Assembly (NCBI GenBank): GCA_038217285.1
Contig: JBBQPO010000086.1
Location: forward strand, 1-20,562
Direction of reading: 5' to 3'
Length of the DNA stretch: 20,562 nucleotides
From: Chthonomonadales bacterium
GTDB taxonomy: Bacteria > Armatimonadota > Chthonomonadetes > Chthonomonadales > Chthonomonadaceae
Positions 7,546 through 15,098 of this stretch are shown here, in pieces. Position 1 is the stretch's first letter; each line of letters opens with the position of its first letter. The notes under the pieces were generated by a model. That model saw only the letters and a program-made list of their open reading frames with translations. It did not search any database and was not told the origin of the DNA. Made by a program: the position numbers and the translations under genes.

Positions 7546-8196
7546 ATGACGACCCCCTCTCCACGTCTGATCCTCGCGTCGACGTCTCCACGCCGTCGTG
7601 AGCTTTTAAGTCTCCTCGGGCTGCCCTTTACGGTCGTTCCCAGCGCCTACGAGGAGCCGCCCGCGCCGTCCACGCCTGTCGATCTGCCTGCCTTCGTTAT
7701 GGACCTGGCCCGCAACAAAGCCCGCGCGGTGGCGCAGGTCGAGCGGGACGCGCTGGTACTGGGGGCGGATACGTTGGTCAGTCTCTCCGTGGAGGCAGTC
7801 GGCGTCCCGCTCGGCAAACCGATCGACGCTGCCGATGCCTGCCGCATGCTGCGCCTCCTCGCCGGCGCCGTCCATACCGTTCATACCGGCGTAGCCCTCT
7901 TCCGCACCCTTCCCGATGGCAGCCTTGCCGAACCTCTCTGCACGGCCGTGCGGACGATGGTACGCTTTCGAACGCTCTCCGAGGCCATGATCGCCGACTA
8001 TGTGGCCACCGGGGAGCCGCTCGACAAAGCCGGAGCCTATGGCGCTCAGGGGTACGCCGCTCCTTTCATCGAAAGCTTCACAGGGGACTTCTACAACGTC
8101 GTCGGCCTTCCCCTCTGCGAAGTGGGCCGTCTGCTCGAGCGCAGCGGACTGCCCTGGTGGCAGCATCGGCAAAACATGCCTCCGCTTTCAGGCTGA
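7546..8196 (+). CDS. maf: Maf family nucleoside triphosphate pyrophosphatase, YhdE subtype
   Basis: LILASTSPRRRELL, LARNKA, LGADT, GKP, DKAGAYGAQG, NVVGLP; SPRR, DT and Q fit the YhdE rather than YceF subtype. Confidence 0.93.
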   Translation: MTTPSPRLILASTSPRRRELLSLLGLPFTVVPSAYEEPPAPSTPVDLPAFVMDLARNKARAVAQVERDALVLGADTLVSLSVEAVGVPLGKPIDAADACRMLRLLAGAVHTVHTGVALFRTLPDGSLAEPLCTAVRTMVRFRTLSEAMIADYVATGEPLDKAGAYGAQGYAAPFIESFTGDFYNVVGLPLCEVGRLLERSGLPWWQHRQNMPPLSG

Positions 8197-8237
8197 TCCC
8201 AACGGGACGATCGTGGTTAATTATTTTTTCGTTTCAC

Positions 8238-8267
8238 TTGACAAATGGGGAACAAACACAATATAAT
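8238..8267 (+). promoter_or_regulatory. Consensus sigma70-type promoter
   Basis: TTGACA (8238-8243), 18-bp spacer, TATAAT (8262-8267), with an AT-rich tract upstream. Confidence 0.75.
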
Positions 8268-8288
8268 GCAAGTCAGATAGGTTTAATA

Positions 8289-8405
8289 GAGCCATGTTCG
8301 CTCGTGTGTGGCAATGATGCCCTGTAAGTGGTCCTTTTCGCATCTTGGATAGTCAAGAGGTCAGGTTCGGAAACCTGGGGATAACATACAGGGCTTTTTG
8401 TTTTT
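8289..8405 (+). promoter_or_regulatory. Structured leader or sRNA candidate with attenuator-like architecture
   Basis: Hairpins 8289-8303 and 8310-8321; stem GCCCTGTA (8319-8326)/TACAGGGC (8387-8394) enclosing hairpins 8343-8358 and 8362-8377; followed by TTTTTGTTTTT. Confidence 0.45.
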
Positions 8406-8629
8406 GGATACTGCGGAATGCTATCTGTAGCTTTTCGTAAGCGTCCATTCGAGAATACAAACGCTACATTCCAATACATGATCTGCCTAGACCAACAGCA
8501 GGAGGTGTCTACCCAAGCAAGCTAACAATGCCATCTTCGCTTTTTTCGGTTCCACACTGTTTTGGGGCAAGGGAGCATCGGCTCCATCTTTTTCTTTTCT
8601 GACTTCGGTCATCGGGAGGGATTTTAAAT

Positions 8630-9523
8630 ATGAATCGTATCACACCGCGAGGCGGGCGTCGCTCCGCCTTCACGCTTATCGAACTTCTCGTCGTCATCGC
8701 CATTATCGCTATTCTGGCCGCGATCCTGTTCCCCGTTTTCGCTCAGGCCCGCGAGAAAGCTCGCGCCATCTCCTGCATCTCCAACGAAAAGCAGATTGGC
8801 ACCGCCACTATGATGTACGTGCAGGACTACGATGAAACCCTGCCGATGTACATTGCGTTCACCGGTGGACGCATCACGAACCCGATTGACTCCACCGACA
8901 TCGGTCCGTGGCCCATGTGGCAGGCAGCCCTCTATCCCTACACGAAAAGCTGGGATATCTACAACTGTCCCAGTGACGCTTACAAGAAGACGACTTCGCG
9001 GGATCGGTACTACTACTTGAGCTACGGCTACAACAATGGTTACCTCAGTACGTTTGGCACAGACGCAAACGGGAGGCAGCAGTGGCCCGGTCGCAATATT
9101 GCGAGCATCGTTCGCCCGGCGCAGATCGTCGCCTTTGCTGATGGCGGCGGCAAAGACCCGGCTACCACCCGATACTACGGCGGCTCGATTGTCGAAGCTC
9201 CCGATGCTTACCCCAGCACCGAAACCTGGTACTATACCGGAAGTGGCAGCGTAGGGTGGGGTTCCGATGGCGGAAGCCTCTGCAACGACAAATGGGGTAT
9301 CACCGGATGCTTCGCGCCGCGCCACAACGAGGGCGGCAATCTGGTATTCTGCGACGGACACGCCAAGTTCCTGAAGACGAATGCCGCTGCCGCAGGAACC
9401 ACGTTTAGCCCGACGACTCCCACCGCCAGTGTCTGCGTCAAGGACTACAGCCAGTATCTGTGGGATCCTCGGTTCGACTCGGGCCAGGAGTATCATAGCG
9501 ACGGCAGCCGAAGTTGCCCGTAA
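8630..9523 (+). CDS. Prepilin-type N-terminal cleavage/methylation protein with DUF1559 and H-X9-DG motif
   Basis: [81 protein letters not shown]. Confidence 0.93.
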   Translation: MNRITPRGGRRSAFTLIELLVVIAIIAILAAILFPVFAQAREKARAISCISNEKQIGTATMMYVQDYDETLPMYIAFTGGRITNPIDSTDIGPWPMWQAALYPYTKSWDIYNCPSDAYKKTTSRDRYYYLSYGYNNGYLSTFGTDANGRQQWPGRNIASIVRPAQIVAFADGGGKDPATTRYYGGSIVEAPDAYPSTETWYYTGSGSVGWGSDGGSLCNDKWGITGCFAPRHNEGGNLVFCDGHAKFLKTNAAAAGTTFSPTTPTASVCVKDYSQYLWDPRFDSGQEYHSDGSRSCP

Positions 9524-9552
9524 CTCCTAATCACACCTTCAGAGGACCAGAC

Positions 9553-9735
9553 ATGAAATCACTCGCTCGCTTGTGCGCGGTGCTGCTATTCGGAATGATC
9601 TGCAGCTCTCTCTATGGATGCAATGGTCAATCGGAGAGCAAGACCATTGCAGCGCCTTCCACCGGTTCTTCCGACGCTACGACCACGAAACCGGTAGGTG
9701 GAAAGAAGGCTGCGTTGGAGCCACCGGGGCCGTAG
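9553..9735 (+). CDS. Small (60 aa) predicted lipoprotein
   Basis: RBS GAGGA; MKSLARLCAVLLFGMICSSLYG|C lipobox-like signal followed by a low-complexity Ser/Thr/Pro-rich tail. Confidence 0.7.
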   Translation: MKSLARLCAVLLFGMICSSLYGCNGQSESKTIAAPSTGSSDATTTKPVGGKKAALEPPGP

Positions 9736-9764
9736 TTTCTATCTAGCGGTCGTCTACTGCAACG

Positions 9765-9797
9765 AGGGGCGCGAGATAGCAAATATCTCGCGCCCCT
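9765..9797. terminator. Perfect 14-bp hairpin after the lipoprotein gene, abutting the tRNA promoter
   Basis: AGGGGCGCGAGATA GCAAA TATCTCGCGCCCCT; the U-tract is poor. Confidence 0.55.
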
Positions 9798-9825
9798 TGA
9801 CGTACACAGCGTTTTCCGGTACAAT
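9797..9825 (+). promoter_or_regulatory. sigma70-type promoter of the tRNA cluster
   Basis: TTGACG (9797-9802), 17 bp, TACAAT (9820-9825), then a GC-rich segment; about 40 bp before the first tRNA. Confidence 0.8.
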
Positions 9826-9863
9826 AGCCGTGCTTCAAGCGTAGTCTCCTGGAGCCATACCGC

Positions 9864-9936
9864 GCGCCCATAGCTCAGTGGATAGAGCGACAGGTTGCGG
9901 ACCTGTAGGCCGGGGGTCCGAGTCCCTCTGGGCGCA
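9864..9936 (+). tRNA. tRNA-Arg(GCG)
   Basis: Acceptor GCGCCCA/TGGGCGC, D arm GCTC-AGTGGATA-GAGC (A20), anticodon arm ACAGG-TTGCGGA-CCTGT, T arm GGGGG-TCCGAGT-CCCTC; no encoded CCA. Confidence 0.92.
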
Positions 9937-10045
9937 TGATCGTACCGCTTTAGAAACGCCCTTCCTGCTTCGGCAGCAGGGCGTTTCCCATGCAGCACCC
10001 GGTTACTTCCGGGCTGTTTGCTGGTTTGCGCGTCTGTCGATTTGT

Positions 10046-10118
10046 GGGGTTGTAGCTCAGTGGATAGAGCGCCTCCGTCCTAAGGAGGGCGTCGGGGGTC
10101 CGATTCCCTCCAACCCCA
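10046..10118 (+). tRNA. tRNA-Arg(CCT)
   Basis: Acceptor GGGGTTG/CAACCCC, same D arm, anticodon arm CCTCC-GTCCTAA-GGAGG, T arm GGGGG-TCCGATT-CCCTC; no encoded CCA. Confidence 0.9.
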
Positions 10119-10121
10119 TAC

Positions 10122-10206
10122 GGAGAGGTGTCCGAGTGGCTGATGGTGCGGCTCTCGAAAAGCCGTGAGGCGCAAGTCTCCGTGGGTTCGACTCCCACCC
10201 TCTCCG
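10122..10206 (+). tRNA. tRNA-Ser(CGA)
   Basis: Acceptor GGAGAGG/CCTCTCC, anticodon arm CGGCT-CTCGAAA-AGCCG, long variable arm GAGGC-GCAA-GTCTC, T arm GTGGG-TTCGACT-CCCAC, discriminator G; no encoded CCA. Confidence 0.95.
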
Positions 10207-10310
10207 TCCCCTGTTTACCTGCGCGTACCGCTTTGCGGAATAGGTCTGCGGCCTGCGCGCAGTCGTCTCCCCGGCTCTCCTGGCAGAATGGCCGAGAGTC
10301 TATGCAGACA

Positions 10311-10349
10311 GACGCCCCGGTGAGAAAATGATTTTCTCACCGGGGCGTC
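10311..10349. terminator. Perfect 19-bp inverted repeat between the tRNA cluster and the convergent gene
   Basis: GACGCCCCGGTGAGAAAAT G ATTTTCTCACCGGGGCGTC; no flanking U-tract, so the terminator role is inferred from position only. Confidence 0.55.
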
Positions 10350-10484
10350 CGAACGTTCTCCATCCCATGCCGTTGATCGTCTATATCCCAGGATGCGGAA
10401 CTTCTGTATCCTGGGAGGCGGAACTTCTGCATACCATCCCAGGATGCCGGGTGTTCACCGTCTTAACGATGCCGTGTTTTGGCG

Positions 10485-11147
10485 TCAGTTCTGTGCGTAC
10501 TTGTTCAGTTCATTGCAGTTCACCACACTCATGGGTGTCGCATCACTACCGTTCAGCACCATGCGCACTTCAGAGGGGGCGGCGATTCCAGGGCACAGCA
10601 CTTTCCAACTCAGCCGCCATGTGATCCCGTCTCGGTTGCGCTGGGGTTGCTGTGCCAGTACGATCCTGGTGCCTTTCGGCACCATCTGCAGGTCTTTCAG
10701 ATGTCGTATTGCCTCCTCCAGAGCATCGCTTGGAGAGGAGAGGGTTGGCACACCGGTGGAGCGGGACGAGGAGGTCGTTCCGTCAGAAAAAAGACTCTGT
10801 ACATTCCCAGTCACATCGTTAAAGATCAAGGTGTAGGAGTGCGATCCTACCAGGCAATCGACCACCCATAGGCGCCGCTCTCTACGCGGCATCTCCTTAT
10901 CGAGCTTCTCGATGACGAACTCCGGTTCCCCGATAATGGGGTTGGCCCCACCCAGCGAGAGACCGATACGCGTGGCCCGCTGTTTGAGATCTTGCGACTG
11001 CATGCGGGCCTTCGGCCTTGCCGACGCAATCATGGTATGATGGGGATACAGACAGAGGACGGGAAGCGCCAACAGAGACGCCAACGCCAACCCGATCACG
11101 GTCTTCCTACAACCTTCCGTACTTATCCGATGAAGTCGTTTTTTCAT
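10485..11147 (-). CDS. Hypothetical exported or membrane-anchored protein, possibly with two PepSY-like modules
   Basis: RBS GAGGAG; basic N-terminus plus hydrophobic VIGLALASLLALPVLCLY; segments LWVVD..YTLIFNDVTGNV and SPSDALEEAIRHL..TWRLSW..VRMVLNGSDATP. Confidence 0.65.
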   Translation of the reverse strand: MKKRLHRISTEGCRKTVIGLALASLLALPVLCLYPHHTMIASARPKARMQSQDLKQRATRIGLSLGGANPIIGEPEFVIEKLDKEMPRRERRLWVVDCLVGSHSYTLIFNDVTGNVQSLFSDGTTSSSRSTGVPTLSSPSDALEEAIRHLKDLQMVPKGTRIVLAQQPQRNRDGITWRLSWKVLCPGIAAPSEVRMVLNGSDATPMSVVNCNELNKYAQN

Positions 11148-11425
11148 TTATGCTCCTCTCATATTTTGAAGCTGTACGCGGTAACATTTCCCACAGCGCA
11201 ATCTCCAACGATAGGATGGAAACACACGGTTATTTCGACTTTTTTCGCATTCCTAAGCATAAAACGGACAGAGACGCCCGGATTGCGAGAAATTACACTC
11301 GTAACCACAGGACACCTCTGTCCGCTTCCACCACTTCTACCTCATAAGACGAATAGCAATGCAGAAAGTTGCACTTTTTCGAACAGATCGCATATTAAGC
11401 TACAATTCGCATTATTACCTCCTGG

Positions 11426-12508
11426 ATGAACTCTATGCCAACTCATAATGAACACGAACCGAACTTCGCAACGGATGAAGACGAAGATGGTGAGGCGGAA
11501 GACGGGCCGACGCCCCTCGAAGCGGTCTGGCAGGTGGCGATGGAACAGGCGGGCGTACGCCTGGACGTCTTTCTTGCGGCCAATCTGCCGGGGGCTTCCC
11601 GCGCCGAAGCGCAGCGATTGATAGAACGTGGGGCGGAGGAGATGGACGGAGCGCGAGTCAACGGGCGGCGCGAGAAACCAAACTACCGCTTGCGGGCAGG
11701 CGAAACTGTGACTGCCACGCGCCCACAAGCCCACCCGGCCCGAGCGGAAGCCGAAGACCTGCCGCTCACGATCGTCTATGAGGATCGAGATCTGCTGGTG
11801 ATCGATAAAGCGCGGGGAATGGTCGTCCATCCGGCGCCCGGCTCGGAACATGGGACGCTGGTCAACGCCGTGCTGGCCCATGCCGATGACCTCTCCGGCA
11901 TCGGTGGGGCGCTACGGCCCGGCATCGTCCATCGCCTGGACAAGGACACGGGCGGTCTGCTTGTCGTGGCGAAGAACGATGAGGCGCATCGCGACCTTCA
12001 GGCGCAGATCCAGGCCCGAACCGCCGAACGCCGCTATCTCGCGCTTGTCTGGGGCGTCCCGCGCTTCCAGCAGGCGACCGTCGACGCGCCCATCGGTCGG
12101 CATCCTTCGGACCGCAAAAAAATGGCGGTCGTGACGGATCCCCGTCACACCGCCCGCCCCGCTCTTACGGAACTGACCGCGCGCGAAACCTTCGCGGGCG
12201 CCTTCACGCTGCTGGAAGCCAAGCTGCAGACAGGCCGCACCCATCAGATTCGCGTTCATACCGCCTATATCCAGCATCCTGTCGTGGGCGATAGTCTCTA
12301 CAACGGCCTGCGCAAGTTCCCCGCGAGCGCCTTCCCGGTCTCCGCACGCGTGGCCATCGAAGCCGCTATCCTCGCCCTGAACGGTCAGGCCCTGCACGCC
12401 TACTCGCTCGCCTTCGACCATCCGCGTACCCGCGAACGTCTTGCCTTTACCGTCCCGCTCCCCGCTGTCATGCAAGATCTGCTCGATCTGCTTCGTCACA
12501 ACGTTTGA
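11426..12508 (+). CDS. rluD: RluA-family pseudouridine synthase with S4 domain (RluD-like)
   Basis: RLDVFLA..SRAEAQRLI (S4), IVYED, DKARGMVVHPAPG, RPGIVHRLDKDTGG, LQTGRTHQIRVH, HPVVGDSLY, QALHA. Start uncertain (11426 or 11435). Confidence 0.93.
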   Translation: MNSMPTHNEHEPNFATDEDEDGEAEDGPTPLEAVWQVAMEQAGVRLDVFLAANLPGASRAEAQRLIERGAEEMDGARVNGRREKPNYRLRAGETVTATRPQAHPARAEAEDLPLTIVYEDRDLLVIDKARGMVVHPAPGSEHGTLVNAVLAHADDLSGIGGALRPGIVHRLDKDTGGLLVVAKNDEAHRDLQAQIQARTAERRYLALVWGVPRFQQATVDAPIGRHPSDRKKMAVVTDPRHTARPALTELTARETFAGAFTLLEAKLQTGRTHQIRVHTAYIQHPVVGDSLYNGLRKFPASAFPVSARVAIEAAILALNGQALHAYSLAFDHPRTRERLAFTVPLPAVMQDLLDLLRHNV

Positions 12509-12524
12509 AGAGGGGCAGCGTTTT

Positions 12525-12586
12525 GACGGCACGGCCAGCGCTTAAATCGGGACGGCGCGGCCAGCGCTTAAATCGGGAAGGCGCGG
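12525..12586. repeat. 26-bp tandem direct repeat duplicating the 3' end of the transporter gene
   Basis: GACGGCACGGCCAGCGCTTAAATCGG (12525-12550), GACGGCGCGGCCAGCGCTTAAATCGG (12551-12576), partial GAAGGCGCGG (12577-12586). Confidence 0.85.
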
Positions 12587-14625
12587 TACGTGTGTATGCC
12601 GAAGATCGAGCCGTAGATCGCCCAGACGCTGCCGGTGATGTAGTCGCCCAGAATCAGTCCTATAAAGAAAGGGATATAGTTGCGGTAGGTCTTCATGCCG
12701 CCGTAACGGATGATGAGCGCCTTGATCGCCCAGCCGATCATGGTGGCGCACCAGAGCCAGGGCATGGTGAAGGTTCCGGCGACCGCGTAGCCGATGGGAT
12801 GGAACGGCCACCAGGTGAATCGTGACCGCATCGCCAGCAGAGCTGCCGTGATGACGAAGCCGATCCCGACCCCCTCCATGCGGGCAAAGTCCGGCTTGGT
12901 CGGGTTGTCCACCCAGTCTTTCATTGTCTTCCAGGGCACACTCCCCATGTCGGTGCGCCAACCGTTCACCTTCGCCGTGGCCGCGCCGTAGTGGTAGTAG
13001 CAGGTCAGCACCGCCGCCCAGGAGGAGAGCGCCCCCACGGCCGTGGCGATCAGCAGCACGATCGCGACATGCCGGAGATTCATACGCACCGAGGAGCCGA
13101 TCTTCATCGCCTCCAACTGGTTCGGCATCTCCGTACAGCGGTAGTCCAGGTCGTGCCAGAGCAGCATATTCAGCCCGACCTGGTTCTGGAACGAGAAGCC
13201 CCGCGACCCGACCGACGACTTCATCAGTTCGTGCACATTCATGTCCGGGCCATGCCCCCAGGGCAGCCCTGCCTCCGCGCGGATACGGGTAAACGTCAGC
13301 ACATAGAGGTAGTAGAGCCCGAAATAGATCAGGGGCACATACCAGTCCATGCCGATCGCCATGCCGAACGCTGTCAGGACGAGAAAGCCTCCCACCACCC
13401 CGATAAAGGCGGTACGATACGACATCGCCTCATTCGAGTCGTCGTACTCCGGGTCCGTTTCCATCCCCTTACTCCGGGGCTGGAACGCCCGCCGCAGCAT
13501 CGCGCCCAACTGCTTCCGCATCCCATAGAGGGCGAAGAGCGCGACGCCTATAAACGCCCCTGCCGACTGCTCTCCGGTATAGGGGATACGCGACATCGCC
13601 TGACTCGCCCCCGGATCGTGGTAGCCCATCGCGGTCGCAGCAACATTCTCGAATTTGGTAAAGAGGTAGAAGAACCAGAGCGAAAAGGCGACATCGAGGG
13701 GAAGGAAGTAGGTCAGACCGATCACCAGCGGATAGAAGGAGAGCGCGAAGTAGCCCATGCCGCTCCAGGGCGCTGTCGTGAATAGGGGAGTGAGGTTCAG
13801 CCGCACATCAGAGGGCTTGATCGGCAGAAACGGCACGCTCGGATAGAGGTAGTTCAAGCTCGCCAGCGACTCCAGCACCACCGGGATGAGAAAGCCGATC
13901 CACATCTGCCTGCTCAGCAGCGTCTTCGCCGATCCGCCCTCCGCCGTCAGCTCCAACGGCAACTGCACGATGGGGAAACTGAGGCGCTCCCTGTCCATCC
14001 ACTGCTTGCGCACCAGCACGTTCAGACACAGCATGACGCCGAGCAACACCACGATGAAGCCCGACCAGACGCAGATTGGCGTGATCCAACCCGCGATATG
14101 ATTGGCACGCCAGAAGGTGCTCTGCCCGGTGTAAAACGCCTTTGTGACGGACTCTTTCGGCAGAAGCCAGGGCTTTACCGCCGGAAGCAGCTTCTCCTGC
14201 CATTTGTTTTCCGGAGTTCCGTAGTAAAAAATGTTGCCGGTGAAGGTGTTGAGGAACTGCATCATGCCGATGCCGGAGATGCCAATGGAGACCGTCTGCA
14301 TCACATAGACGAACATCAGCTCGGCCTGCGTCAACGCGAAACGAGGCAGATAACGCTTCAGCACCAGGTTGAGCAGCAGCAGCACGAAGAGGGCGAAGAC
14401 GACGGCGATGATCAGCGACATCGCTGCAAGGTCGGTCGCCTCCGCGATGATCTCCGTATACTCGTTCCAGAAACACATGATCGGAATCATGATCAGCCCG
14501 ATCACGAAGGCACGCGGCGTGATGCCCTGCACCTTCCCGCGTTTCGACCGGTTCTGTTCTGTGTCTTTTTCTTCCGGATTTATGGGTGGAGAGGATTCCG
14601 AACTTTCAAGTGGCGGCGTTGCCAA
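12568..14625 (-). CDS. Large polytopic membrane protein, DUF6785/DUF6784-like (putative OPT-like peptide transporter)
   Basis: Many hydrophobic segments; motifs ITPRAFVIG, LTQAELMFVY, RKQWMDRERLSFPIVQLP, TRIRAEAG, RFTWWPFHPIGY, KALIIRYGG..YR..PFFIGLILGD. Start placed at TTG 14625 after AAGGAAG (ORF open to 14766). Confidence 0.75.
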   Translation of the reverse strand: MATPPLESSESSPPINPEEKDTEQNRSKRGKVQGITPRAFVIGLIMIPIMCFWNEYTEIIAEATDLAAMSLIIAVVFALFVLLLLNLVLKRYLPRFALTQAELMFVYVMQTVSIGISGIGMMQFLNTFTGNIFYYGTPENKWQEKLLPAVKPWLLPKESVTKAFYTGQSTFWRANHIAGWITPICVWSGFIVVLLGVMLCLNVLVRKQWMDRERLSFPIVQLPLELTAEGGSAKTLLSRQMWIGFLIPVVLESLASLNYLYPSVPFLPIKPSDVRLNLTPLFTTAPWSGMGYFALSFYPLVIGLTYFLPLDVAFSLWFFYLFTKFENVAATAMGYHDPGASQAMSRIPYTGEQSAGAFIGVALFALYGMRKQLGAMLRRAFQPRSKGMETDPEYDDSNEAMSYRTAFIGVVGGFLVLTAFGMAIGMDWYVPLIYFGLYYLYVLTFTRIRAEAGLPWGHGPDMNVHELMKSSVGSRGFSFQNQVGLNMLLWHDLDYRCTEMPNQLEAMKIGSSVRMNLRHVAIVLLIATAVGALSSWAAVLTCYYHYGAATAKVNGWRTDMGSVPWKTMKDWVDNPTKPDFARMEGVGIGFVITAALLAMRSRFTWWPFHPIGYAVAGTFTMPWLWCATMIGWAIKALIIRYGGMKTYRNYIPFFIGLILGDYITGSVWAIYGSIFGIHTYRAFPI

Positions 14626-14908
14626 GGCGCTTCTTCCTTCTATACACCATTGCGAACTGTGTCCTGTTTCACGATTGCTTCCTCTGTTTCCTGCACGAGC
14701 GGAGAGAAGCCCTTCGGGTGCGATAGAGATGGGCGGGATGGACGTAGATGTGGGGCAAGTTATCAATCACTGCTAGAGTGGATCCTGACGCAATTCCTTT
14801 CCAAAAGCATGCTTCCCAGATTATTCCGGCCCCGTGCGGTGCGGTCGCTTTACCGGGGTACCTAACCCCCGGCCCCTTCCCGAGACGCTTATCTTGTCTC
14901 TGAAGCCG

Positions 14909-15098
14909 CCGCCCCTCAAGGAGCAGCCTGTTGGGGAAGGTGAAGGCCCATAAATGGGCCTGGGAGGGTTGAAAGGGAGCGCAAATCTCTCCACCAGGGA
15001 TGGCTGACACCCTGTTTGCTTGCGCCATCGCCCCGGCTCACGTCCGACCCAGCCCCCTTTAGGGGGCTTACCGCCTCAGACCGCTCCTTGAGGGGCGG
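14909..15098. repeat. REP-cluster/MITE-like element of 190 bp with perfect 16-bp terminal inverted repeats and internal hairpins
   Basis: CCGCCCCTCAAGGAGC (14909-14924) and GCTCCTTGAGGGGCGG (15083-15098); mirror hairpins AGGCCCA-TAAA-TGGGCCT (14944-14961) and AGCCCCC-TTTA-GGGGGCT (15051-15068); central CAGGG/CCCTG. Confidence 0.7.

Noticed and set aside
8274-8629. Known riboswitch classes (c-di-GMP, TPP, SAM, cobalamin, FMN) in the long leader
   Set aside because: I could not find their conserved sequence cores by eye; an Rfam scan is still needed
8624-9496. 290-aa minus-strand ORF
   Set aside because: Antisense to the well-supported DUF1559 gene
10385-10447. CRISPR or mini-array interpretation of this and the other short repeats (12525-12586, 18880-18911)
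   Set aside because: No constant repeat with unique spacers and no cas genes
9864-11425. Integrated element or prophage at the tRNA cluster
   Set aside because: No integrase and no duplicated tRNA 3' end seen in the window; only lower GC supports it
14626-14766. Longer N-terminus of the DUF6785-like protein
   Set aside because: Extension looks non-coding; an SD-like AAGGAAG precedes TTG 14625
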